Below, piece by piece: positions 53,328 through 62,246 of a stretch of DNA of 64,000 nt. Each line of letters opens with the position of its first letter. Position 1 is the stretch's first letter. Source of the stretch: an uncultured Methanosarcinales archaeon (GTDB taxonomy: Archaea > Halobacteriota > Methanosarcinia > Methanotrichales > Methanotrichaceae); assembly GCA_963843555.1 (NCBI GenBank), contig CAWJKV010000012.1:54666-118665 (forward strand), written 5' to 3'. The notes under the pieces were generated by a model, which saw only the letters and a list, made by a program, of their open reading frames with translations, was not told where the DNA came from and did not search any database. The translations under genes and the position numbers were made by a program.

Positions 53328-53708
53328 CTATGAGACACAAATCAAATCCCGGCTAAATAATCCCCAACCGATCTCAAAGGGTGGGTCGATGTAGATCAGA
53401 TCTATCTTGCCCCGAAAATCCTTGAGCAGCGAGGCCGTGACCAGCTTGTTGTCGCCCCAGATGAGCCGGTTGCGAAAGTCCTCCCGCACGGCGGTGGACA
53501 GCTCTCCCAAGGTGTTCTGGCCGGAAGCCAGAGCTTCGCTCCGGGGCATGTCCACCGTCTCGATCTTCTGCATTGGCATGGCTGCCCCTGCCACGTCCAC
53601 GCTGCGGCGGCGGCCGTACTCGTCGTACTTGCCATCCCAGACCAGCTCCGTCTTCATCTGGGAGGGGGGATGGGGATTGTCCGGCCCCAGACGGACGGGA
53701 TCAGGCAT
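53328..53708 (-). pseudogene. 5' fragment of a Mod-type adenine DNA methyltransferase
   Basis: KTELVWDGKYDEYG, NRLIWGDNKL, KIDLIYIDPPF, then homology stops. Confidence 0.8.
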
Positions 53709-53861
53709 GGGGACGGGCCTCCGGGCCGGGGCTGATGGGGGCGATCGAGACTGCGGCGCGGGACTTAAGAATGATATTTTGGAACTTGGGGCTCAGAGTC
53801 AATTACTATTATCCTCCTGATTGCTCCTTTGCGGCGGCCAACGGGAAAAACCTTTTGGATG
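53384..53861. repeat. ~475-bp direct repeat, copy 1
   Basis: Aligns along its length with 54659-55134 (e.g. gacttaagaatgatattttggaactt..ggctcagagtcaattactattatcctcc). Confidence 0.92.
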
Positions 53862-53995
53862 AAGTGAGGGATTTCAAGTTTCTTAGTGGATGTCAAGGAG
53901 GCTTAAATGGGGAGGTCGCCCCAGCCCAAAGTCGAATAATCTATGCGGGAAGATTATTTATGCAAACAAATTCCATTTAAAAGTAGGAGAAGAAA

Positions 53996-54187
53996 ATGAG
54001 TGAATCAAAGACCATTGAATGCATCTATGAAGGTGGTGTATTCAAACCACTTGAAAAGGTGGATTTAGAAGACGGAACGAGACTGAGAATCAAAATGGGC
54101 AGATGCGATCTTTCGAAATTTTACGGCATACTTGGTAAAGCATCCGCCGAGAGATTGGCAGAGCTTGAAGAAGAGGCCCAGCTTTGA
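53996..54187 (+). CDS. DUF104/AF2212-like antitoxin
   Basis: KTIECIYEGGVFKPLEKVDLEDG. Confidence 0.9.
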   Translation: MSESKTIECIYEGGVFKPLEKVDLEDGTRLRIKMGRCDLSKFYGILGKASAERLAELEEEAQL

Positions 54188-54639
54188 TCTTTTTAGATAC
54201 CAACGTAATTTACAATTTGCTATTTGAAACCAAATTCTCTATCGCTGCTAGAAGATTCATCGAGCATCATAACGAGCTTGCGACTTCATCCAATGTCATA
54301 AACGAATTGATTTCTATCTCGGTTCGAAACCTTTGCGAGGAGAGATACAACACCAAAAACCATTCCTCATTTAGGAGATTCATAGCGCAGAATGGCTACG
54401 GCCCATTCGAAAAAGATCTGGATGCGATCTTTCAGTTTTTAGAGAACAGCGATTTATGTATCTTACCCATCGATGCGGATGCAAACCATTGGAGGGAAAT
54501 TATGCAAAAGTACAGGCTTCTTCCCTGCGACTCGCTTATTGTCTCCACCTGCATTTCCAATGGCGTTAAACAGATCGCTACCTTTGACCGTGATTTTCTC
54601 AGAGTGGATCAATTGAATGTAATTGATTTGAATAAATAA
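54184..54639 (+). CDS. vapC: PIN-domain toxin, VapC family
   Basis: IFLDTNVI, VINEL, KYRLLPCDSLIVSTC, IATFDRDF; 4-nt overlap with the antitoxin. Confidence 0.9.
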   Translation: MIFLDTNVIYNLLFETKFSIAARRFIEHHNELATSSNVINELISISVRNLCEERYNTKNHSSFRRFIAQNGYGPFEKDLDAIFQFLENSDLCILPIDADANHWREIMQKYRLLPCDSLIVSTCISNGVKQIATFDRDFLRVDQLNVIDLNK

Positions 54640-54658
54640 AATAGTCAACTTGGATTTT

Positions 54659-55134
54659 GGTCAACGTAGATCAGATCGATCTACCCCAAAACTCCTTGGT
54701 AGCGAATCTATTTCAGACATTTGTCGCCCAAATGAGCCAGCTGCGAAAGTCCTCCCGCACGGTGGTGGACAGCTCCCCAGGGTGGTCTGGCCGGATGCCA
54801 GAGCTTTGCTCCCGGGGCTCAGCCCACCATCTCGATCTTCTGCCCGGGGTAGGCTGATCCGGCCATGTCCACGCTGCGGCGGCGGCCGTACTCGTCGTAC
54901 TTGCCGTCCCAGACCAGCTCCGTCCTCATCTGGGAGAGGGGATGGGGATTTTCCGGGCCCCAGCGAACGGGGTCAGGCATGGAGACAGGCCTCCGGGCCG
55001 GGGCTGACTGGGGCGATCGAGACTGCGGCGCAGGACTTAAGAATGATATTTTGGAACTTTTGGCTCAGAGTCAATTACTATTATCCTCCATATGGCTTCA
55101 TTGAGAGCGCAAACTGGAAAAAACTTTTGCATGA
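54659..55134. repeat. ~475-bp direct repeat, copy 2 (more decayed methyltransferase stub)
   Basis: Same sequence as 53384-53861 with substitutions and indels. Confidence 0.92.
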
Positions 55135-55178
55135 CTGCCTGCCAGGAAGTTAACGTTTATATAAAAAGAGAGCTGCGA

Positions 55179-55628
55179 ATGAACGTGATGAAAAGGCTAA
55201 CTGCTTACGTCTCCGGCAAGGTTCAGAAGACCGGCTACAGGGCCAGAGTTATCACCATTGCTCAGCATTTCAAGCTGAACGGATACGTACAGAACCTGGA
55301 GGACGGACGCGTGAAAGTGGTGGCCGAGGGCGAGAATATTGACCTTGAGATCCTGCTCCGGGCACTTGATATTAAAGATACGTTAATCCATGTAGTAAAC
55401 ATCAAAAAAGAGTATTCTTCGGCAACAGGCGATTTTGAAGGTTTCTTCAAGGTCATATCGGACGAGGACGAAACGGATCAAAGGCTCGATGTAGCTGTAG
55501 AAAAGCTCGCAGAGCTCATCATTGTTAATAACGAGATTTTGAAAAGACTGAGAGCCACTCGTGAAGATCTGAAGAATGAGATTGAAGACCTACGCTCTGA
55601 AATGAAGGAGATCCTTACGAGAGGTTGA
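55179..55628 (+). CDS. Acylphosphatase with C-terminal coiled-coil extension
   Basis: VSGKVQKTGYR, GYVQNLEDGRVKVVAEG; heptad-rich tail. Confidence 0.85.
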   Translation: MNVMKRLTAYVSGKVQKTGYRARVITIAQHFKLNGYVQNLEDGRVKVVAEGENIDLEILLRALDIKDTLIHVVNIKKEYSSATGDFEGFFKVISDEDETDQRLDVAVEKLAELIIVNNEILKRLRATREDLKNEIEDLRSEMKEILTRG

Positions 55629-55694
55629 CGAGAATAGAATCCGATGTCTTCCAGATAAAAGCAAATGTATGTCTCCAAATCGATATCTTTCAGA

Positions 55695-56906
55695 TCATAG
55701 CACCTTTTCCTCCGCCAGCCCCAGGACATTGAGCAGTCCCAGCAGATTCTCTCGGGACAGGGTTCCATCCGAGACCTTCTTCAAGACTTCTTTGGCATTG
55801 AAGGCCACCCCCAATCCGGCATTCTTGATCATGAGGCAGTCGTTGGCTCCGTCGCCCACGGCCACGATGCTGTCCGGGCTGATCTTCTCCAGCTCCGCCA
55901 GCCGGTAGATGATGCGCCCCTTGGCCTCGGCATCGATGATCTCCCCTTTGATCTCGCCCGTAAGAACGCCGTCCTTGATCTCCAGCTCATTGGCGAAGGT
56001 GTAGTCGAAGCCGAGGCGCTCTTTGAGCACGTCCGTAAAGTAGGTAAAACCGCCGCTGATTAGGGCGATCTTATAGCCCATATGTTTGAGGTGATGGAGC
56101 AGTTCCTCAGATCCCGGGGTGAGCTGCAGGTCGGCAGCGATCTCTTGCAGGGTGGCGAGCTTCATGCCTTTTAAGAGACGCACCCTCTGGCTGAGGGATT
56201 CCTTAAAGTCCATCTCTCCATTCATAGCCATCTCTGTTATCGCTTTCACCTGCTCATCCACTCCGGCAAAGCTGGCCAGCCGGTTGATGATCTCAAAATC
56301 CACGATGGTCATGTCCATGTCGAAGACGATGAGCCTCTTCTCTTTGAGGGAATGAAAAAGATCCTGAATCACCACGTCCAGCCCCAGACGCTCGCAATCC
56401 CGCTTGATCAAAGCCCTGCAATCATCGGCAACGCAGCCGGCAAAGTCCATGAGGAATTCAATGGAGATGAGATCCCCCCGAGCTGTAACCGATGCCCTCT
56501 CCACGTTGACCATATTCTGGGCAGCCACTTCTGCCACATCACGAATGATGCCCACCCTGTCTTTGGCGAGAATAGTGACCAGATGCAAACTCTTCTTCGA
56601 GGGTAGCCGTCTCCTTGCCTGCCCCAGAGGGAAGAATATGACCTCGACTGCAAGCCGTTTTGCATTCTCTGTAAACCAGTCGTTGAGTGCCTTTGCTGTG
56701 ACTCTCGCAGATCCGAAATCCGCAACCACAGACATGACGAATATGCCCTGCATGACCCGTTGATCCATGTCCACGATGTTCACATTCTGCAGAGCAGGCT
56801 CTTTCAGGATATCGCGAATCAGTCCCGGCCTGTCCCTGCCCGTGAAGGAGATGACCCAGAGATCATCCGTCGGAGTGCCATTGCCCTCTCTTTCTGGCGG
56901 TTGCAT
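55695..56906 (-). CDS. serB: Phosphoserine phosphatase with two N-terminal ACT domains
   Basis: GRDRPGL, AKDRVGI, FDMDMT, AMNGEMDF..SL..RV, SGGF, GDGAND; ATG 56906. Confidence 0.92.
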   Translation of the reverse strand: MQPPEREGNGTPTDDLWVISFTGRDRPGLIRDILKEPALQNVNIVDMDQRVMQGIFVMSVVADFGSARVTAKALNDWFTENAKRLAVEVIFFPLGQARRRLPSKKSLHLVTILAKDRVGIIRDVAEVAAQNMVNVERASVTARGDLISIEFLMDFAGCVADDCRALIKRDCERLGLDVVIQDLFHSLKEKRLIVFDMDMTIVDFEIINRLASFAGVDEQVKAITEMAMNGEMDFKESLSQRVRLLKGMKLATLQEIAADLQLTPGSEELLHHLKHMGYKIALISGGFTYFTDVLKERLGFDYTFANELEIKDGVLTGEIKGEIIDAEAKGRIIYRLAELEKISPDSIVAVGDGANDCLMIKNAGLGVAFNAKEVLKKVSDGTLSRENLLGLLNVLGLAEEKVL

Positions 56907-57095
56907 TGAGTTCAATCCTAACCATACAAGCCTAAATACTTTTTCGGCCGCGGGCTTTTTCTTCCCCCGGCACCGGCCCTGAGTAAATCCGTCTTCTGAT
57001 TGCCCAATAGTAGGATAGGATATCTCGCGCCACATTGACGGGAAAGCAAAGATTAAGGATTTGAACAGTCTAAATGTCAGTATCAAGAGGTCGTT

Positions 57096-58529
57096 ATGTA
57101 CCAATCCCATATGCTTATCAATGCCGAGCCTGTTGCCTCCTTATCTGGCAAAGTCGAGATCATCCGCAACCCAGCCAATCAGGAGCCGGTGGCAGAGGTC
57201 TCTGTGGGCTCGCGCCAGGATGCATGCATTGCGTTGCAGGCAGCGAAGAAGGCCTTCCCTATCTGGTCCCAAACACCCAGCCAGAAGAGAGCAGAGATCC
57301 TGCATGCCGCTGCCTGCCTGGTGCGGGAGCGATCGGAGACGATCGCCCGGCTTCTCACTCGGGAGCAAGGAAAGCCGCTCAAGAATGCTCGGGCAGAGGT
57401 CCTCTCATCTGCGGATGTCCTGGACTACTACGCTGAAGAAGGGAAGAGAAACATTGGAGAGTGGATAACCTCAGCGCACAGCCGCAGCATTGTGCTACGA
57501 CAACCCCTGGGCGTTGCGGCACTGATCACGCCCTGGAACTTCCCGGTGGATCTTCTGGCCTGGAAGGTCGGACCCTGTCTGGCGGCGGGCTGCACATTTG
57601 TGGCCAAGCCGCCCAGGCTTGCGCCGCTGGCAGCCACGGAGTTTGTGCGAGCCGTGAGCGACGCTGGCCTGCCCGCGGGCGCAGCCAATGTGGTGCACGG
57701 GCCGGGAAGCGAGGTCGGGGCGGAGCTGGTGGAGAACCCCATCTCCCGCAAGATTGCCTTCACCGGGGAGACAGAGACCGGACGCTGGATTATGGCTCAC
57801 GCAGCCATGCACATCAAGCGAGTCTCTCTGGAGCTGGGCGGACAGTCGCCCTTCATCGTCTGCCAGGATGCCGATTTGGAGACTGCTGCAGCTGCCTGCA
57901 GCCAGCGAGCCTTCTCCAACATGGGCCAGATCTGCATCAGTGTCAATCGAATTTATGTGGCAGAAGAGGTGGCAGAAGAGTTCACAGAGCTGCTCGTCCG
58001 GCACGCCGAGCGGCTTCGCATAGGCAATGGTTTAGAGCCTGATGTGGATCTGGGGCCCATGTTCAGCGACGCACAGCGCGAGAAGACCCGGGAGCATGTG
58101 AAAGACGCACTCGGGAAAGGAGCAGAACTGATCTCGGGAGGCCGGGAGCCGGTGGGAGAGGCTTATCTGAAGGGCTATTTCTTCCGGCCCACAGTGCTGG
58201 GCGAGGCCGATCACAGCATGCGGATAATGCGTGAGGAAACCTTCGGCCCGGTGGCGCCCATCATGAAATTTAAAACTGTGGATGAGGCCATCCAACTTGC
58301 CAACGATTCGGAATACGGCCTTGCGGCCTACATCTTTACCAACGATATCAAGACGGCCTTTCGGGCAGCAGAAGGGCTGGAGGCGGGAGGGATAGGGGTG
58401 AATGTAAACAATGTGGTGGACCTGCAGGCGCCTTTTGGCGGATGGAAAGAGAGCGGTCTAGGGCGGGAGCTGGGCCACTATGGCCTGGATGCGTACTTGG
58501 AGACAAAGCACATTCGGTTGGGGATGTGA
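57096..58529 (+). CDS. NAD(P)-dependent aldehyde dehydrogenase (succinate-semialdehyde dehydrogenase-like)
   Basis: TPWNFP, FTGET, LELGGQSP, GQICIS, EETFGP, PFGGWKESGLGRE. Confidence 0.9.
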   Translation: MYQSHMLINAEPVASLSGKVEIIRNPANQEPVAEVSVGSRQDACIALQAAKKAFPIWSQTPSQKRAEILHAAACLVRERSETIARLLTREQGKPLKNARAEVLSSADVLDYYAEEGKRNIGEWITSAHSRSIVLRQPLGVAALITPWNFPVDLLAWKVGPCLAAGCTFVAKPPRLAPLAATEFVRAVSDAGLPAGAANVVHGPGSEVGAELVENPISRKIAFTGETETGRWIMAHAAMHIKRVSLELGGQSPFIVCQDADLETAAAACSQRAFSNMGQICISVNRIYVAEEVAEEFTELLVRHAERLRIGNGLEPDVDLGPMFSDAQREKTREHVKDALGKGAELISGGREPVGEAYLKGYFFRPTVLGEADHSMRIMREETFGPVAPIMKFKTVDEAIQLANDSEYGLAAYIFTNDIKTAFRAAEGLEAGGIGVNVNNVVDLQAPFGGWKESGLGRELGHYGLDAYLETKHIRLGM

Positions 58530-58600
58530 GTCGACAGAGTATGTGAGATGAGAAAAAGAATATTTGTAATATCAAATTTTGATATAATAAGCAAAGGTAT

Positions 58601-58855
58601 TTATTTGCCAGGACAAGGCCCATTGATCCATGCACCGTAGACGGTTTCCGGGATGTTCTCGGCAGGATCATCGCAGCGAGTGACATAGCCATACCAGCGG
58701 TGTACCTTCTTGTCGGAGCCGGCGACGATCTGCTCCTCGCACCATAGCTTTAGACCGCACCCTTCCGCAAGACTGAGCTGCTTTATCAGCTCCTCCTGAG
58801 GTACTCCCTGACCCAACAATTCTTTCAACCTCTTCTGCGTATCTTCCATCGACAT
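58601..58855 (-). CDS. Small hypothetical protein
   Basis: 84-codon ORF filling the gap between convergent genes; Cys/Trp-containing (WYGYVTRC, GAWINGPC); TATA-like element upstream. Confidence 0.6.
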   Translation of the reverse strand: MSMEDTQKRLKELLGQGVPQEELIKQLSLAEGCGLKLWCEEQIVAGSDKKVHRWYGYVTRCDDPAENIPETVYGAWINGPCPGK

Positions 58856-58963
58856 AGATAATACTTATACTTCGCATTTATTTAAGGCATTGCCATTGGC
58901 CTTTAACAAGCCATTCGTTGCAGAAGGGGAAAGAAAAGGGATCGTTGAAAGGCTTTCACTCCA

Positions 58964-60127
58964 CTAGGCCAGAACCTCTGTCTTCTTCATGCGGAGGAGC
59001 CCTGTTGCCGCCAGCGCTGCTACGCAGGCCCCAAAGAGGAATGTCGCCTGCGGACCAATTATTGACCAGAGCCCTCCTGCCACAAGGCTGGCCAGGATGG
59101 CAGCCATTCCCGTGACAGCGTAATAGAGCCCAAGAGATGTACTGCGCAGATTGGATTGGCTGAGGTCGGAGACAAAGGCGCTCTGCGAGGCATCGATTAT
59201 GGCATAGACCAGCCCAAACATAGCAAAGAGGACTACGAGCCCCAGCAGAGAGGAGACAAAGGCAAATCCCAGGGCGGTCAGGGCAAAGATGGCATATCCC
59301 AGAGTCAGGACTCTCTTTCTCCCGATTCTATCCGACCAGACCCCCATGGGCATGGATAGGGCTGCATAGACAAAATTGAAAAGAACATATAGAAGCAGAG
59401 GCGCAGCCACAGCCTCCGCGCCACTGAAAAAAGTTTGGGCGCGCAGGATGAAGAACATGTAGCTGAAGTTGCCCAAAGCGAAAAGGGAGGCAATGACCAA
59501 GAATTTTCTGAGGTCCGGCGAAAGATCGGAAATTTTTGGTCTGACCTGGCAGCTGGGGGACCTTTTCTGCTCATGGACCAGTATGAAGGGAATAAGGGCA
59601 GCAACTGCCAGAACTGCCGCCACGGTGAAGATGGAGCTGAAACTAAGGCCCCTCTGCCAGAGAAGATAGGCCAGGATCGAACCGACCACAGCTCCAGCAG
59701 AGTCCATTGCTCTATGCAGTCCAAAGCCCCTTCCCCGTAGGCTTTTATCTGTGGATTCGCTGATCAGGGCATCCCTCGGTGCTGACCGCACTCCTTTGCC
59801 GGTTCGTTCCAGGGTCTTGAGCACAAAGACCTGCTGCCAGGTTGTGGAAATTGGCAAGAAGAGCTTGCCCAAAGCGGAAAGACCATAACCTGCCACTACC
59901 AGCGGCTTTCTTTTGCCCAGGCAATCGGACCAGTATCCCGAAAAGACCTGCAGAATGCTGGGCAGGCCGTCGCTTACCCCTCCGATGAGCCCCAACGCCA
60001 GGGAGCCGCCACCGAGACTGGTGATAAAGATAGGCAGAATGGGCTGGATGATCTCGCTGCTGATGTCGTTCAGCAGACTGACGAATCCCAGCAGCAATAT
60101 GTTCTTGCTTGTTTTAGGGTCGGACAT
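58964..60127 (-). CDS. MFS transporter
   Basis: SLLNDISSE, SGYWSD..GKRK, ERTGKGVRSAPRDAL, GFGLHRAMD, WSDRIGRK. Confidence 0.9.
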   Translation of the reverse strand: MSDPKTSKNILLLGFVSLLNDISSEIIQPILPIFITSLGGGSLALGLIGGVSDGLPSILQVFSGYWSDCLGKRKPLVVAGYGLSALGKLFLPISTTWQQVFVLKTLERTGKGVRSAPRDALISESTDKSLRGRGFGLHRAMDSAGAVVGSILAYLLWQRGLSFSSIFTVAAVLAVAALIPFILVHEQKRSPSCQVRPKISDLSPDLRKFLVIASLFALGNFSYMFFILRAQTFFSGAEAVAAPLLLYVLFNFVYAALSMPMGVWSDRIGRKRVLTLGYAIFALTALGFAFVSSLLGLVVLFAMFGLVYAIIDASQSAFVSDLSQSNLRSTSLGLYYAVTGMAAILASLVAGGLWSIIGPQATFLFGACVAALAATGLLRMKKTEVLA

Positions 60128-60280
60128 TGGACTACCTAGGCATTGGGATGCCCTTATGAAACGCTAGTTAATTTCGTTAGGTGTTCTCGAACTTCTAAGA
60201 CACCGGTAGGACAGCCCCGGGGGAAGGAACCATTGCCTGATTTATCGGACCCTGCTTCCAGGAAGAATGAGGTGGAATGG

Positions 60281-61027
60281 TTATGAGTCTTCTTTCTTGA
60301 GGATTTTGATGGCATACGCGATACCCGCCACCTCGTCCGGAGCCAGTTCCTCCGGCCTTTTCTCCAGCAGCGAGGCGTCCAACTGCATTTGAATCTCCCG
60401 CCTCACGCCAAAGGCCGCCAGACCGTTCTTCACCTTTTTGCGTCGATTCCTGAAGAGCGCCTCGGCCAGTCTCATAAACACTTCCGGATCGACTTCGAGC
60501 TTTTTCATCCGGGGCCGCAGGCGAACTATTGATGAGTCGACCTCGGGCACCGGCCGGAAGGCCGTTCTGGGAACGCTCTCCATAATCTCGATCTGGCAGA
60601 AAAAACCAGCGACCATTCCCAGACGGCCATACTCTTTGCTGCCCGGCCGCGCCATCATGCGCAGGGCAAACTCCTTCTGGAACATCAAGACCGCCAGCTC
60701 AAAGGGCCGGGAAAGCAAGCGATAGGTGATCTTAGAAGAGATCTGATAGGGAAGGTTGGAGACGATCTTATTGTAATCAGGCAGATCAACCTTCAGGGCG
60801 TCGGCATTTATCACCTGAACATTGGGGGCGCGACCGCAAAGCGCCCCGGCGAGATCGGGATCGACCTCCACGGCATAAACGATTCCTGCACGGGCCGCGA
60901 GCGCTTCAGTGAGGATTCCCGTGCCTGGCCCTATCTCCAAGACCCTGTCATCCGATTTAATCCCGGCAAAGCTCACGATGCGTTCTATTACCGAGGGATC
61001 CAGGAGAAAATGCTGCCCCAGTTTCAT
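60281..61027 (-). CDS. rsmA: 16S rRNA adenine dimethyltransferase
   Basis: LGQHFL, LEIGPGTG, VSNLPYQISS, MFQKEFA, YGRL, F.PVPEVDS. Confidence 0.96.
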   Translation of the reverse strand: MKLGQHFLLDPSVIERIVSFAGIKSDDRVLEIGPGTGILTEALAARAGIVYAVEVDPDLAGALCGRAPNVQVINADALKVDLPDYNKIVSNLPYQISSKITYRLLSRPFELAVLMFQKEFALRMMARPGSKEYGRLGMVAGFFCQIEIMESVPRTAFRPVPEVDSSIVRLRPRMKKLEVDPEVFMRLAEALFRNRRKKVKNGLAAFGVRREIQMQLDASLLEKRPEELAPDEVAGIAYAIKILKKEDS

Positions 61028-61605
61028 CTCAGGCGGGGCATAGTAGTAAAGACCCGATACTTAATACGGTCATCCATCAGCTCGTCTTCGACGCGCTTAG
61101 TGATGAGCTTCTCGGGGTTATGCAGCCCTTTCACCCTCTCCGTCAAATCCGCAAAGCCCTTGAAGGGACCTTTCTTGCGCTCATTGAGCACCGCCCACAT
61201 CAGCTTCTTGCCGATGCCCGGCAGCAGCTCCAGGGCGTGCATGCGCGTGGTTATGGGCCCGGCTTCATTGAAGTAACGAATGAACCTGGCCTCATCTTCC
61301 AGGACTATGTTTTGGATCTGAAAAGTCAGCTCCAGCTTGGCGCTGTTGGAGAGTTCAGGATAATCGATCTTGCGGTTGACGTGATCTATTATATCCCGGC
61401 TACCGCTACCGATGTATACTCTGGTTCCGGCTACTGGAACTACGCTTTCCTTGGGCGTCATCTCCATGAGCACGAAATTCGTCTCGCCCACGGCCTGGAC
61501 AAGAGGCTGCTTCTGGTAGCTTCTGGTGTCAGGAGTACGTCCATAGGGGAGGTAATCGAGAACCCTAGCTACCTCTTCTCTCTTCGGCGGTCTCCCCTCA
61601 GGCAT
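61024..61605 (-). CDS. DUF655 predicted RNA-binding protein
   Basis: VLDYLPYG, QAVGE..F.LME, RMHALELLPGIGKK; conserved position between rpo4 and ksgA. Confidence 0.92.
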   Translation of the reverse strand: MPEGRPPKREEVARVLDYLPYGRTPDTRSYQKQPLVQAVGETNFVLMEMTPKESVVPVAGTRVYIGSGSRDIIDHVNRKIDYPELSNSAKLELTFQIQNIVLEDEARFIRYFNEAGPITTRMHALELLPGIGKKLMWAVLNERKKGPFKGFADLTERVKGLHNPEKLITKRVEDELMDDRIKYRVFTTMPRLR

Positions 61606-61610
61606 GTGCC

Positions 61611-61955
61611 TTACCCCCTGAACACGATCTCTAAAATGCTTGTGAGCTCTTCTTCGCTTAGAGTGAACCTTTCCTTGGCATAAATCGCCCTCAGCTCATC
61701 CTTGGTGGTGGGCCGAATGTCGGCGATCTTGACGGCAATTTGCTTGTTCATCTTCTCTAGCTTCATGAGCTCAGCTACCATCGCCTGGCTCTCTTCAGCA
61801 GTACCCCTGGCAAAGAGATCCGCGTGCCTTATGGCCCGGCGCAACTCGTATCCCAGTTCTTCCTCGTCGGCTCTTTTCAGCCGGATCTGGTCAAGGAGCT
61901 CCTTAACCTCTGCCAGGGTCAGGAGATCCTCCTGCAACACGCTTTTAACAATCAT
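61611..61955 (-). CDS. rpo4: RNA polymerase subunit F (Rpo4)
   Basis: LTLAEVKELL, ELGYE, AVKIADIRP...ELRAIYAKER. Confidence 0.93.
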   Translation of the reverse strand: MIVKSVLQEDLLTLAEVKELLDQIRLKRADEEELGYELRRAIRHADLFARGTAEESQAMVAELMKLEKMNKQIAVKIADIRPTTKDELRAIYAKERFTLSEEELTSILEIVFRG

Positions 61956-62246
61956 CTACTTTTGCGCCATAAGATGTTCAGGTAATGTGATCAAGGTCTT
62001 GGTGGCGTCGCCATCGGTGACCTTCAGGACGAAGGCTCTGCCCCTCTTTCCTATAACCTCAGCCGTCTTTCCATGGAACCTGGGGTGAGGCATGCCCTTG
62101 TGTATGCTGGGATCGATGAGCACGTGAACCATTGCTCCTGTCTCGAACTCTTGAATCGCCCTGACTACGGGGGAGATTCCCCTACCCCTGACAGTCTTGC
62201 TCAGCTTGTCTCTTGACTTCTTCCGCATTCCGTGATGATGTGCCAT
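61956..62246 (-). CDS. rpl21e: 50S ribosomal protein L21e
   Basis: G.RKKSR.KL, IDPSIHKGMPHPRFHGKT, PEHL; ATG 62246 after GGTGGAG. Confidence 0.96.
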   Translation of the reverse strand: MAHHHGMRKKSRDKLSKTVRGRGISPVVRAIQEFETGAMVHVLIDPSIHKGMPHPRFHGKTAEVIGKRGRAFVLKVTDGDATKTLITLPEHLMAQK

